This document shows, one piece after another, positions 19,326 through 29,767 of a DNA stretch of 64,000 nucleotides (position 1 is its first letter; each line of letters starts with the position of its first letter). A program made the position numbers and the translations under genes. This DNA comes from Patescibacteria group bacterium (GTDB lineage: Bacteria > Patescibacteriota > Patescibacteriia > 2-01-FULL-39-33), in the NCBI GenBank assembly GCA_041645075.1, contig JBAZQS010000003.1:6710-70709 (forward strand). Direction: 5' to 3'. The notes beneath the pieces were generated by a model. The model did not search any database. It was given only the letters and a program-made list of their open reading frames with translations, and was not told the origin of the DNA.

Positions 19326-20159
19326 TTAAACTTGATAACGGCTGAATTGTTTAATGGAAACGCCACTTAACAAATCAGCAATCTTTTTATCTTCATCTTT
19401 GATAAAGACCTGTTTTAATAAGCAATTATCTTCATAGTATTTCGCCAATTTGCCTTCAATTATTTTAGCCCAAATATTTTCCGGCTCGCCTCGCTGAGTC
19501 GAAGCGGGCTTGCCCCGCTGTTTTAATTGCTCGCGATAAATTTCTTTTTCTTTTTCCAAAACCGCCGGCGGAATATCTTGAATATCAAGATAAAGCGGAT
19601 TCATGGCGGCAACATGCATGGCAATATCGCCGGCTAAGGCATCGCTGCCGCCAGTCAAAACTACAACCGCAGCCACTTTTTTATTAGAGTGCAGATAACT
19701 GCCGATTACCGCGCCGGACAAAATTTCATATCTGCTTAATTTTATATTTTCTCCGATTTTAACTGCCAATTCATTTTTAATCACGGCTTCGGCCCAAGAA
19801 CCGAATTCTTCTATATTAGATTCTAATAATTTTTGGGCGAGCTTATCGGCCGTCTTGATAAAATCATCATTTCTAGCCACAAAGTCGGTTTCGCAATTTA
19901 AAACAACGGCCGCCACTTTTTGCCTGCTTCGACTCGCGTCGAGCGAGGCGAGCCCGTCCCGAGCAATGGCAATCACGCCCTCATTGGCGCTCCGGTCTGA
20001 TTTTTTGGCGGCCTTGATTTCACCGCTCTTTCTTAAAATTTCCACGGCTTTAGTCAATTCCCCGCCCGCCTCTTCAAGCGCCTTTTGGCAATCGCCAATA
20101 CCGGCGCCGGTTTGCTCGCGAAGTTTAACGATGGTTTGAGTGTCTATAGACATAGTCAC
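19326..20159 (-). CDS. tsf: Elongation factor Ts
   Basis: LREQTGAGIGDCQKALEEAGGELTKAVEILRKSG UBA-like N-terminus. Confidence 0.9.
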   Translation of the reverse strand: MTMSIDTQTIVKLREQTGAGIGDCQKALEEAGGELTKAVEILRKSGEIKAAKKSDRSANEGVIAIARDGLASLDASRSRQKVAAVVLNCETDFVARNDDFIKTADKLAQKLLESNIEEFGSWAEAVIKNELAVKIGENIKLSRYEILSGAVIGSYLHSNKKVAAVVVLTGGSDALAGDIAMHVAAMNPLYLDIQDIPPAVLEKEKEIYREQLKQRGKPASTQRGEPENIWAKIIEGKLAKYYEDNCLLKQVFIKDEDKKIADLLSGVSIKQFSRYQV

Positions 20160-20308
20160 TTATTATTAAATTATTTATTTTTTATTACCAGCACAATAAA
20201 TTTTCAATTTACAATTTACAATAAATGTCTCAATGAATCAATTTTCAAATTGTTTGAATTATTGAAAATTGAAAATTCATTGTAAATTGAGAATTGATAA
20301 TTGAAAAT

Positions 20309-21001
20309 TTATTTTGTGGCTTCCACTTTTCCTTCCTTAACCGCCTCGGCAATCAAGCCGGTGATTATTTCAATTGACTTGACCGCGTCGTCATTGGCCG
20401 GTATGGGATAATCAATCAAATCGGGATTGATATTGGTATCGCAAAAAGCCACAATGGGTATTTTGCGCTTGCGGGCTTCGGCCACGGCCGTCTTTTCCTT
20501 TTTAACATCCAAAACAAAAATGGCCTCGGGTATTTTTTTCAGTTCCGCCAGGCCGCCGACTAATTTTTTTAATTTTTCAATTTCCTTCTGGAATTCCACC
20601 TGCTCTTTTTTGGTATATTTTTCCAAAGCGCCCGAGTCCTTTTTTTCCGTCAATTCCTTGTATTTTTTAATCAATTTATTGACATTGGAAAAATTAGTGA
20701 ATAAGCCGCCAATCCACCTTTCGCTGATATAGGGCATGCCGCACGCCAAGGCGTATTTTTCTATGATTTTCTGGCCCTGTCTTTTTGTGCCCACAAATAA
20801 AATAACCCCGCCCCTCTGCACTGTCTCTTTAACGAAGTCGGTGGCGATTTGCAATTTCTCCACGGTCTTTTCCAAATCAATAATGTGAACGCCTCCGCGT
20901 TCAGTAAAAATGAAGTCCTTCATCTTGGGGTGCCAACGGCCTTTCTGGTGGCCGAAATGCACGCCCGCCTGAAGCAATTCTAAAAGTGTCGGTAATTTCA
21001 T
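20309..21001 (-). CDS. rpsB: 30S ribosomal protein S2
   Basis: LLQAGVHFGHQKGRWHPKM. Confidence 0.9.
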   Translation of the reverse strand: MKLPTLLELLQAGVHFGHQKGRWHPKMKDFIFTERGGVHIIDLEKTVEKLQIATDFVKETVQRGGVILFVGTKRQGQKIIEKYALACGMPYISERWIGGLFTNFSNVNKLIKKYKELTEKKDSGALEKYTKKEQVEFQKEIEKLKKLVGGLAELKKIPEAIFVLDVKKEKTAVAEARKRKIPIVAFCDTNINPDLIDYPIPANDDAVKSIEIITGLIAEAVKEGKVEATK

Positions 21002-21350
21002 ATTTTTTCCTTTTTTAACCTCTGCTTCTCCCCCGTTTCCGGGAAGGAATTTCGAAAAGCATGAAGTGATTTATTAAAACCTTAATAAAAGATCAGATAT
21101 AATTTAGCAGATTAATTATAAAATGTCAAATTTTATTTTTTCCTCTCCTCGTCTTGAGGAGAGGATTAAGGTGAGGTCTAAAATAAAAACCCCCAACATT
21201 ATAGCTGGGGGTATATTCATTTACGTTTATGTTCCGATTTTTTCGGAACAATTTTATAATCATCGGGCGGGGGGCTTACAAATCCTGGCCTTCAATCCAT
21301 GGAATACGCTCGCGCTTTTGGGTATCGAGGCACCCGTGAAAACGTAAGAA

Positions 21351-22307
21351 TTAAAAACCCCAATTGCGTCGCTCATCAAATAATTGGTCTCTCATTATTG
21401 AGCCAAATGAAACCGGTCGGCTAAACATGGAGCTTATTGGCGACATACAATCAATTCTTGGGGCGTCTTCTCTTCTTATCATATGGCCTACTGTAAAGCG
21501 GTTCTCAAAATCGCCAATGCGACCCATGGTCATATCACGCTCCTCTATCTCGCGTGCCTGGCGTTTCATTATCTGATCCAGCACTGTCTCTCCCCACCTT
21601 ACCGGAGCCATGTAATCTTCATAACTTCTTTCTACAGGCGGCAACACCGGCGAAGCAGTTCTCTTTGGCCACTGCGATTCTATTTCTTCCCATGGCTTTG
21701 GGCTAGTAGTCCTGTGGCTGGATGACTTGGGTCTAAACATTTCGGGTCTAAGCCCGGTCAGTTCTAACGTAGGAGCTGGTCTTGGAAATATTAGTGTTGG
21801 TTCTTCTTTTTCTCCAAACAAGCTTTTCATAGATCTTTCAAACAGGCCTTGCATAGACCTTTCTCTTTCTTCTTTTTCTCTCCTCCTGCCTTCCAGATAT
21901 CTTTCAGCCCATGCTATAGAGCTTTCCGGTTCATCAGGAACTCCGCGAGAGACGCTGTGAGTTTGTTGATGTCTGAGTATGGTCGACCTCTCAAGCCCGC
22001 CACAAAGGTCGTTAAGCACGCTCCACTGGGTGGTTGCTTCCAGACCCGTACTGAGTGTGGTGTGTGTCCTCCCCCTGTCTGTTGTGGCGTGCAATTTAGA
22101 GCTCTTAGAATTGAATGAGAAATGCGCGCCGTCATCAGAATCTGCATCAATCAGGAGCCCCATTGACCCGGTTGACTTATGTTTCCAGCCATAAGAGTCT
22201 GCATTTGAAGGCATTAACCGCTTCCTTGCTTCTTCTCTCTCCAGCCTCTCTTCCATCCATGTTTTCTTGGGTTCTTCTGTTTCTCCCAAGAAGTATATCT
22301 TATCCAT
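21351..22307 (-). CDS. Hypothetical hydrophilic, probably disordered protein (318 aa) in a compositionally atypical (~50% GC) island
   Basis: A 318-codon stop-free frame in a ~1-kb segment whose GC content is visibly higher than the flanks, with many overlapping ORFs in other frames. Charged low-complexity sequence (EGRRREKEERERS). No motif recognised. Confidence 0.4.
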   Translation of the reverse strand: MDKIYFLGETEEPKKTWMEERLEREEARKRLMPSNADSYGWKHKSTGSMGLLIDADSDDGAHFSFNSKSSKLHATTDRGRTHTTLSTGLEATTQWSVLNDLCGGLERSTILRHQQTHSVSRGVPDEPESSIAWAERYLEGRRREKEERERSMQGLFERSMKSLFGEKEEPTLIFPRPAPTLELTGLRPEMFRPKSSSHRTTSPKPWEEIESQWPKRTASPVLPPVERSYEDYMAPVRWGETVLDQIMKRQAREIEERDMTMGRIGDFENRFTVGHMIRREDAPRIDCMSPISSMFSRPVSFGSIMRDQLFDERRNWGF

Positions 22308-22481
22308 TTTCCTTCTCCTTTTAATGGTAAATGATGGGTTTAAATTTTTAGGGTGCGATTAACTAATTTATACCACTTAGCCAAAAATTTGTCAAATAAA
22401 AATTCTCCGGGCAATCCCGCTATTGACTTTTCGCCATGAAGCCAATATAATTATACTATCAAGAAAATCATTTAATTTCTT

Positions 22482-22778
22482 ATGAAAAAAGACATCCATC
22501 CGAAGTATTATCCCGAAGCAAAAGTCACTTGTGCTTGTGGCAATGTTTTTACCGTGGGTTCAACCGTGGAAAGCATTAATGTGGAAATCTGCTCGGCTTG
22601 CCATCCCTTTTATACGGGCAAACAAAAATTAGTTGACTCGGCCCGGCGGGTTGATAAATTTGAAAAACGGGTCGCCAAGAAAGCCGAAATCCAAGGCGCC
22701 AGAAAAGGCAAGAAAATCAAAAAAGAAAAACAAAAAACCATTAAAACGGCCAAAAGGGTAAAAATTGCGGCTGAATGA
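22482..22778 (+). CDS. rpmE: 50S ribosomal protein L31 (with Lys-rich C-terminal extension)
   Basis: [10 protein letters not shown]...CACGNVF...[13 protein letters not shown]. Confidence 0.85.
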   Translation: MKKDIHPKYYPEAKVTCACGNVFTVGSTVESINVEICSACHPFYTGKQKLVDSARRVDKFEKRVAKKAEIQGARKGKKIKKEKQKTIKTAKRVKIAAE

Positions 22779-23839
22779 AAGATAAGTTAGATAAACTACA
22801 ATATAGGTTTGACGAATTGGAACGACTCCTCCAAGATGAGACGGTAATTTCTGACGCCCAAAAAATCAAAAAAATTTCCCAAGAATATAATGACCTTAAG
22901 GAAATCATCCAGGCAAAAAACGATTTGGAAAAAACCGAAAACGATTTAAAAGAGATAAAAAATATTATTAAAGAAAATGAGGATGACGAGGAATTAAAAA
23001 AAATATCAGAAGAAGAAAAAATAACCTTGGAGAAAAAGAGGGCGGAATTGGAACAAAAAATTAAATCGCTGCTCATGCCCAAAGACCCAAACGACGGTAA
23101 AAACGCGATTATAGAAATCAGGGCTGGCGCCGGCGGCGATGAATCGGCCCTGTTTGCGTCTGAACTTTTCCGGATGTATTCCCGCTTTGCCGAAAAGAAA
23201 AATTGGAAACCAAGATTATTATCAGCCAACAGAATCGGCCTGGGCGGTTTTAAAGAGGTAATTTTTGAAATTACCGGTAAATCTGCCTATGGCGCCATGA
23301 AATTTGAAAGCGGCGTTCATCGGGTTCAGCGCGTGCCCGAAACCGAAAAAAAGGGGCGCGTCCATACCTCTACGGTAACCGTGGCGGTCTTGCCCGAGGC
23401 AGAAGAAGTTGAATTGGCCATAGACCCGAAGGACTTGCGGCTTGATACTTTCTGCGCCGGCGGGCACGGCGGCCAAAGCGTGAACACCACTTATTCGGCT
23501 GTCCGCCTTACTCATCTGCCAACGGGAATTGTGGTCTCCTGCCAAGATGAGAGATCGCAATTGCAAAACAAAGAAAAAGCCATGGTGATTTTACGGTCAA
23601 GATTATTGGCGGCGAAAAAAGAGGCAGAGGCAAAAAAACTTGGCGAGACCAGAAAATCACAAATCGGCACGGGCGACCGGAGCGAGAAAATCAGAACCTA
23701 TAATTTTCCTCAAGACCGCATAACCGACCATCGTCTTGGTGAAAATTTTGGCAATATCCCAAGTATCTTAGACGGCAATCTTGATGAGATGATTAAGGCG
23801 GTAAAAAGCCGGGTGGAATTAGAAGCCATAAAAGATTAA
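22775..23839 (+). CDS. prfA: Peptide chain release factor 1
   Basis: [11 protein letters not shown] motif. [12 protein letters not shown] (PxT-type). Classic rpmE-prfA-prmC context. Confidence 0.9.
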   Translation: MKDKLDKLQYRFDELERLLQDETVISDAQKIKKISQEYNDLKEIIQAKNDLEKTENDLKEIKNIIKENEDDEELKKISEEEKITLEKKRAELEQKIKSLLMPKDPNDGKNAIIEIRAGAGGDESALFASELFRMYSRFAEKKNWKPRLLSANRIGLGGFKEVIFEITGKSAYGAMKFESGVHRVQRVPETEKKGRVHTSTVTVAVLPEAEEVELAIDPKDLRLDTFCAGGHGGQSVNTTYSAVRLTHLPTGIVVSCQDERSQLQNKEKAMVILRSRLLAAKKEAEAKKLGETRKSQIGTGDRSEKIRTYNFPQDRITDHRLGENFGNIPSILDGNLDEMIKAVKSRVELEAIKD

Positions 23840-23841
23840 TT

Positions 23842-24513
23842 ATGAATGAAAAGAATAAAAAAATTTCCCTAATTATCCCCGCCCATAATGAAGAGGAAAA
23901 TCTCGGGCGCGTTTTAAAGGTGGTTATCCAAGTGCCCGAAATAGATGAGATCTTAGTGGTGGTTGATGCCTGCAGCGACAAAACCGCCGAGGTGGCCCAG
24001 AAATACGGCGTTAAAACCTTAATCAGAAAAACCAGCAAGGGCAAAGGCGAGGCCATGATTGATGGCGTAAATCATACCACGGGCGGAATCTTGATGTTTG
24101 CCGACGCGGATTTGGAAAATTTAACGGTGCGCCATGTTCAAAAAGTTCTTGAACCGGTAATTAATGGCCGGGCTTCTATGTCGGTCGGCCTGCGGGATAG
24201 AATTTTCGGCTTGGGCGCCTTGATTCCCAGATTATTTCCCATGTATGCCATCGGCGGCGAAAGAGCCATGGCCAGAAAATTTTTTGATTTAATCCCCAAA
24301 GATGAAAACACTTTGGACTTTGGCATTGAGACGGTAATGAATTATTTTGCCAAGAAGCACAAACTGAAAGTGGCCTATCCGATTTTAAAAAATCTGCATC
24401 AAGTCATTAAAGAAAAAAAGTGGGGTTTTTGGCGCGGCCTTATTTCGCGAATGGGATTGTTTTGGCAGGTTTGGCGGACTCGTTTTATTATGAAGCGCAG
24501 AAAAAATCTCTAA
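23842..24513 (+). CDS. Family 2 glycosyltransferase (Dpm1-like)
   Basis: ISLIIPAHNEEENL, DAD acidic motif (VVVDACSDKT). Confidence 0.7.
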   Translation: MNEKNKKISLIIPAHNEEENLGRVLKVVIQVPEIDEILVVVDACSDKTAEVAQKYGVKTLIRKTSKGKGEAMIDGVNHTTGGILMFADADLENLTVRHVQKVLEPVINGRASMSVGLRDRIFGLGALIPRLFPMYAIGGERAMARKFFDLIPKDENTLDFGIETVMNYFAKKHKLKVAYPILKNLHQVIKEKKWGFWRGLISRMGLFWQVWRTRFIMKRRKNL

Positions 24514-24543
24514 AGCCCGCAGGGGCTTTTTAAAAAACGCGCT

Positions 24544-25395
24544 ATGACCATAAATCAGGCGTTAAAAAATGGGATAAAAAAATTAAAAACGGCCGAGGAT
24601 GGTTCAGCCATTCTTGACGCGGAAGTTTTATTGGCTTTTATTTTAAAAAAAGATAAAGAATTTTTATATACCAATCCGACGACTCGGCCGCGAAAAAACC
24701 AGCTTAAAAATTTTTATAAGCTAATCGCTCGGCGCGCCAAAAACGAACCCGTGGCTTATCTGACAAGTCAAAAAGAATTTTATGGCTTGGATTTTTATGT
24801 CAATAAAAACGTCTTAATCCCCCGCCCGGCCACGGAATTATTGGTTGAAGAGGCCTTGAATTATATTAAAAAAATAAAAGCAAAGAATCTCACTATCTGC
24901 GATGTAGGCGCCGGATCTGGCGCGATTATTATTGCTCTCGCTAAAAATATTAAAAAATCGCTTCCTAAACAAAATTTTAAATTCATGGGCGCGGATATTT
25001 CCCGCGGCGCCCTAAACGTCGCTCAAAAAAACGCCAAAGCGCATAAGATAAAAATCAATTTTCTCAAAAGTAATCTTTTAAAAAATCTAACCGATAAAAA
25101 AATAGATATTTTAACCGCCAATCTCCCCTATCTTAAAAACCGTGAGATTAGGGGCGCCTTAAAATACGAACCGAAACGCGCCTTAAGCGGCGGCCAAAGA
25201 GGCGCCGAGATTTTTAAAAAATTATTCCGCCAAATTCCTGATTTAAAATTTCCGCCGAAAATAATTTTTCTAGAGATTGACGACAAGCAAGCCAAAACAT
25301 TAACCGAATTGGCAAAAAATCTGCTTCCTCAATATCAGCGGAAAATAAAAAAAGATTTTAGCGGCCTTGATCGTTTACTTATCCTTAAAATTTAA
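24544..25395 (+). CDS. prmC: Release factor glutamine N5-methyltransferase PrmC/HemK
   Basis: DVGAGSGAIIIAL SAM-binding motif. ANLPYL (NPPY variant). Downstream of prfA. Confidence 0.75.
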   Translation: MTINQALKNGIKKLKTAEDGSAILDAEVLLAFILKKDKEFLYTNPTTRPRKNQLKNFYKLIARRAKNEPVAYLTSQKEFYGLDFYVNKNVLIPRPATELLVEEALNYIKKIKAKNLTICDVGAGSGAIIIALAKNIKKSLPKQNFKFMGADISRGALNVAQKNAKAHKIKINFLKSNLLKNLTDKKIDILTANLPYLKNREIRGALKYEPKRALSGGQRGAEIFKKLFRQIPDLKFPPKIIFLEIDDKQAKTLTELAKNLLPQYQRKIKKDFSGLDRLLILKI

Positions 25396-26029
25396 AGGGC
25401 CCGGAACTTAATTCTCTTAGAATTTTGCTCCGAGCCCAGTCAGGGATTTTATAGATTTTGCCTCTCCGAATTATTGGGTGTGCCGCCAATATGCCGCACC
25501 GAAGGAGTGGTGGGTATTAAACCCTGAAGCATAAATTTACCCCATGGAATAGGGTTAAGCTTCAAACCTCCAAGACCCAATGTTCCGGGGATGTTCTGCG
25601 GAAACGACCTGCCGAAAAAGGTACTGCCGAAACAATTCAAGGTGAAAGATATGGTTTATCCGCTTACCCGCCAAAACACAAGAGTTCGAACTGGAGTTTA
25701 AAACCAGTTGGATTTACCGGCGAGTAAGGCACGTCTGTGGGAATAATTGCTTGGGGGGCTTATTCCCGGCGCCCCATGATTAGCCCAGCAGTTGACGCAT
25801 ATCAGACCTCCTTCCACCTCAATTCTAATATGGATCCTCCTCTAATCCATTTTATTCACTTATTTAAATTAAATATACTACTTAAAATTGCGGCCGTCAA
25901 ATCGAACCCCTCACCCTACCCTCTCCCCGATTACGGGGCGAGGGACTTTTAATAACTATGCCCCTTTCTTAATCACCCTCTCCCTAATGGGAGAGGGCAG
26001 GGTGAGGGCAGGGTGATGGGTGTATTGTG
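25396..26029. ncRNA. Candidate structured non-coding RNA region (identity unresolved) in convergent spacer prmC> <rplY
   Basis: A 630-bp spacer without a credible ORF. GC content is elevated and there are multiple stable hairpins (gggaataattgcttggggggcttattccc, ccctctccctaatgggagaggg, gtgcggcatattggcggcac). Weak resemblance to RNase P P4-3' (CACAGACGUGCCUUA) but the full consensus is not satisfied. Confidence 0.25.
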
Positions 26030-26710
26030 TTAGATGGCTTTTGATTGTTTCTTGGCTGACTGGCCGTCTGGGGTCGGTTTTTCGGCTTCCGCCGGCTGGC
26101 TTTCACCCTCCACTGCGACAACCGGTTCGACGGGCTTTTCTTCGGCAACCTCAACTTTCGGCGCGGCCACCATGGCCACCACATCCTCGGCTTCGTGTCC
26201 GATGATTTCAATATTTTTCGGCAATTTCAAATCCTTAATTATAATGACATCATTAAACTTCTCTAACGAGGAAATATCAACTTCAATCTCATGAATCAAA
26301 TCGGCAGGCAGACATCTGATTTCTAATTCGCTTAAATTGTGAATCAAGACGCCGCCGTCTTCTTTGGCTGATTTTGATTCACCGATAAATTTTAATTCTA
26401 CGGCCGTGGTAATCTTTTCATCCATTCTGATTTGCTGAAGGTCAATATGAAAAAGCCGTCCCTTGATCGGATCGGATTGAACTTCGGCGATTAAGACCTT
26501 AAGGGGAACGGCGCCGTCTAAAATTAAATCAACGATCGTATTTTCACCCGCCTCTCGGTAGACCTTTTCAAAAGCGATATAATCCAATTCTAAATTTTGA
26601 TTAGCCGTACCATGGCCGTACAAAACCGCCGGGATTTTATTGGCTTGGCGCAGGGAATATACTTTTTTACCGGTTATCTCCCTTTTTTTCGCTTCTAATT
26701 TGATGGTCAT
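26030..26710 (-). CDS. rplY: 50S ribosomal protein L25 / general stress protein Ctc
   Basis: MTIKLEAKKREITGKKVYSLRQANKIPAVLYGHG. Acidic C-terminal tail. Confidence 0.85.
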   Translation of the reverse strand: MTIKLEAKKREITGKKVYSLRQANKIPAVLYGHGTANQNLELDYIAFEKVYREAGENTIVDLILDGAVPLKVLIAEVQSDPIKGRLFHIDLQQIRMDEKITTAVELKFIGESKSAKEDGGVLIHNLSELEIRCLPADLIHEIEVDISSLEKFNDVIIIKDLKLPKNIEIIGHEAEDVVAMVAAPKVEVAEEKPVEPVVAVEGESQPAEAEKPTPDGQSAKKQSKAI

Positions 26711-26865
26711 AATTAATGATTATTTTATTTGATTTATTTAATAACTAATTGAATGAATGCGATTTAAATTTACCCTGTGGAATAAAATTTTTTTAGAAAA
26801 ATTTATGGCGATAGCCATATTCCACGGGGTAAATATAGCTTAAATTTGAAAAAAAGTCAAACGCC

Positions 26866-26899
26866 AAACCCCGCCTCGACGTGACATCGGGGCGGGGTT
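26866..26899. terminator. Hairpin of the CCCCGnCGACGTnACaTCGGGGCGGGG family
   Basis: aaccccgcctcgacgtgacatcggggcggggttt read directly. Confidence 0.5.
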
Positions 26900-26934
26900 T
26901 ACAATCTAATTTAAAGACGGCGTTTAAAATCAAT

Positions 26935-27291
26935 TTATATTAAATTTAAATCTCTTTCCGGCTCGCCGGATTTTAACGCCTCATATACGCCCAAAAGCTC
27001 ATCACTGTTAATTTTCGCTGATTCTCTGAATTTATTGACTTCTTGGCTGTCTAAGTCGGTAATCAAGCCGACCGAGCTAACGCCAAAACTATTAGCCAAA
27101 ATTAAAGCCACGATCGCGGATTTGCATCGGCCGCATTTCACATAAATCAAATGGGCGGTTTCGTTTTCATCTAATATTTTTGCCTCCAAGGGATTATAAT
27201 GGCAATGGCAAACCGGGCAATATGAAACCAATCTCAAAGTATCTTCGGGAAGCCGCCCAAAATCAAACATGGGCTGAATTATATCTTGCAT
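26935..27291 (-). CDS. Hypothetical zinc-ribbon protein
   Basis: CPVCHCHY...CGRCKS cysteine pairs. No family recognised. Confidence 0.4.
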   Translation of the reverse strand: MQDIIQPMFDFGRLPEDTLRLVSYCPVCHCHYNPLEAKILDENETAHLIYVKCGRCKSAIVALILANSFGVSSVGLITDLDSQEVNKFRESAKINSDELLGVYEALKSGEPERDLNLI

Positions 27292-27390
27292 ATATTAAAT
27301 TTTATTATTGTATTATTAATTATGCTACTTTAAAAAATCTATGTCAAGCGCCTGAACGGAAAAAATTGAGATAGTTGCAAAACCATCTCA

Positions 27391-28524
27391 TTAAGATTTT
27401 CTGGAGATTATGCTTGAACGATAAATATTGAGCATCATACCCGCCGCGGACATAACCACAATTAAAAAACTGCCCCCATAGCTGATAAACGGCAAAGAAA
27501 TGCCCGTGACCGGCAAAAGACCGATGCCCATGCCGATATTGATAAAAACCTGGACAAAAATCAGGATTAAAACCAACAATGATAAAAATAGGCCGAAGTC
27601 ATCCGGCGCGCTACGGGCAATCCGATAAATTCGGTATAACAATAAAATAAACAAGCCCAGAACCAAAACCACACCCACAAAACCCAGCTCTTCAGCCATG
27701 ACCGAAAAAATAAAATCGGTTTGGCTCTCCGGAATGAATTTTAATTGGCTTTGCGAACCAAAACCCAATCCCCGGCCCATTAGCCGGCCCGCGCCCACCG
27801 CGATAATGGACTGCCGGACATTATAACCTCGCCCTTGTGGGTCTAAAGAAGGATTAATAAATGTTTTAATGCGGTCCCTTTGATAATCTTCAAAAACCAA
27901 AAACCAGCTTGTTAAAAAAACCAGCGCCATCAACCCTAAAACCATGATGATATGCCATTTATTTTTTGTCACCAAAAAGAAAGAGAGAAACCAGATAAAA
28001 AACAAAACCAGGGCCGAACCAAAATCCGGCTGAATCATCACCAAGCCAAGGGGCATGAGCATAATCAAACCGACAAAAATTAATTGCCATAGTTTATGAA
28101 TGGTTCGGGCGTGGCGGCTGTAGACATCAGCCAGACAGAGAATTAAAAAAAGTTTCATCAATTCAACCGGCTGAAAACTAAAAAAACCAAAGGAAAACCA
28201 GCCGCGCGTGCCGCGTATGGTCGAGCCCAGCGGGGTTAAGACCAAAACCAATAAAACCAAGCCGATTATATAGCCAAGCCAGCACCACCGTCGCCAACTA
28301 TGATAATCAATATTGGCGAAGAACAACATAAGCGCCAAACCGGCCGCGAGCCAAATTAACTGCTTCTGAAAATTCATAAATTGCCCTTGACCCTGGCCCA
28401 AAGCCACGCTATAAATCGCGGCCAAGCCAAAAAAAATCAAAAGGATTACGGCCATAAAAAAAAGCCAGTCAATTTTTTTTAAAAAAGGAAAATACCGATC
28501 AAAAATCATATAGTTATTGTTCAA
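27391..28524 (-). CDS. ftsW: SEDS family peptidoglycan glycosyltransferase FtsW/RodA
   Basis: 10 TM. SQSQLKFIPESQTDFIFSVMAEELGFVG. Confidence 0.8.
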   Translation of the reverse strand: MNNNYMIFDRYFPFLKKIDWLFFMAVILLIFFGLAAIYSVALGQGQGQFMNFQKQLIWLAAGLALMLFFANIDYHSWRRWCWLGYIIGLVLLVLVLTPLGSTIRGTRGWFSFGFFSFQPVELMKLFLILCLADVYSRHARTIHKLWQLIFVGLIMLMPLGLVMIQPDFGSALVLFFIWFLSFFLVTKNKWHIIMVLGLMALVFLTSWFLVFEDYQRDRIKTFINPSLDPQGRGYNVRQSIIAVGAGRLMGRGLGFGSQSQLKFIPESQTDFIFSVMAEELGFVGVVLVLGLFILLLYRIYRIARSAPDDFGLFLSLLVLILIFVQVFINIGMGIGLLPVTGISLPFISYGGSFLIVVMSAAGMMLNIYRSSIISRKS

Positions 28525-29758
28525 ATCCGAGGGCGGAGATGGGATTCATTTTGGCGGCGCGCCGGGCCGGATAAAAACCAAAAACCAAACCAACCAGCGC
28601 CGAAAAACCAAAAGCGATGAGCACGGAAAAAATTGGCAATTTAAACGCCCAAGTAAAACCAAATTGCCCAGCGATAATAGCAATTAAATAAGTAAAGCTG
28701 ATGCCCGCCGCTATTCCTATTATACCTCCAAAAACCGTTACCGCAATTGCCTCCCAGAGAAATTGCCATAAAATCTCCAGTTGCCGAGCACCCACGGATT
28801 TGCGCAAGCCGATTTCAAAAGTTCTTTCCGTAACCGAAACATACATAATATTCATAATGCCGATGCCGCCTACCAATAAAGAAATGCTGGCGATGGCCGT
28901 GAGCAACAATGTTATCCCGCCAAAAACCGTGTTGATTGTTTGCCGGGCCTGCTCGGTGGTGGTCACCGCAAAATCATCATCTTGGAAATTTTCAATTTTG
29001 TGGCGTTCCCTTAACAGGGTGGCAATTTCATCAGCGGTTTCATTTTCAATTAACGGATCCTTTACTTGGGCCATAATAAACATAACATAATCAATGCCCA
29101 TGACTAATTTTTGCGCCGTTCTAATCGGCAGATACAGCATCTCATCAAAATTCAAACCAAAACCAGCTCCCCGCTCTTCTAATACGCCGACCACCTTAAA
29201 TTTATTCTTCCCGATTTTAATGTTTTGGTTTATGGGATTTTGGTTGCCGAATAAATCAGAGGCGACTTTACTGCCCAAAACCGCCACCCGGGCCAATTCC
29301 TTATCTTCTTCATGGCTAATAGGCCGACCCAGAGCTAATTTACTGCGGTCAATATTTATCACGTCAGCCGAAGCACCCATAAAATTAATTATTCTATTTT
29401 GGTCCTCATAAGAAACCACGGACTGCCCCATAACCGCGGCATAATAATCCTTGATATTCGGCAATTTGCTGATGGCCTCGGCGTCCTCATTCTTTAGGGT
29501 GGTTATCTGCACGCCTTGCGCCCGGCTTATATCTGAAGAGACCGCATCACTATTGGGTACTTTGGTTTCTACGTGGATAACATCGGTGCCAAAACTTTCT
29601 AACTGGCCGAGAATTAAGCCCTTTATGCTCTCGCCGGCCGAGAGCACGATAATCACGGCCGCAATGCCGATAATAATACCAAAAATTGTCAAAAACGTAC
29701 GGCTTTTATTAAGCAAGAGCGACCGCCAGGCAAGTTTTAGGGGTAAAATAATATTCAT
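28514..29758 (-). CDS. ABC transporter permease, FtsX/MacB-like
   Basis: N-terminal TM, large periplasmic loop, C-terminal FtsX 3-TM bundle. Confidence 0.8.
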   Translation of the reverse strand: MNIILPLKLAWRSLLLNKSRTFLTIFGIIIGIAAVIIVLSAGESIKGLILGQLESFGTDVIHVETKVPNSDAVSSDISRAQGVQITTLKNEDAEAISKLPNIKDYYAAVMGQSVVSYEDQNRIINFMGASADVINIDRSKLALGRPISHEEDKELARVAVLGSKVASDLFGNQNPINQNIKIGKNKFKVVGVLEERGAGFGLNFDEMLYLPIRTAQKLVMGIDYVMFIMAQVKDPLIENETADEIATLLRERHKIENFQDDDFAVTTTEQARQTINTVFGGITLLLTAIASISLLVGGIGIMNIMYVSVTERTFEIGLRKSVGARQLEILWQFLWEAIAVTVFGGIIGIAAGISFTYLIAIIAGQFGFTWAFKLPIFSVLIAFGFSALVGLVFGFYPARRAAKMNPISALGFEQ

Positions 29759-29767
29759 TTTTAAATT

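Noticed and set aside
20160-20308. AT-rich 'ttgaaaattga / caatttacaa' repeat spacers (also 31740-31834 and 56935-57010)
   Set aside because: These are low-complexity AT-rich intra-operon spacers and the shared motifs are short. They may be promoter or UP-like elements, but there is nothing beyond compositional similarity.
25396-26029. Specific assignment as RNase P RNA or tmRNA
   Set aside because: Key conserved elements are not present in recognisable form: GGAAAGUCCGG with its ACAGAAnCCGGCUUA partner, and a T-arm GGUUCGAnUCC followed by a CCA-proximal acceptor pairing with a GGGG 5' end. Only fragmentary similarity is seen.
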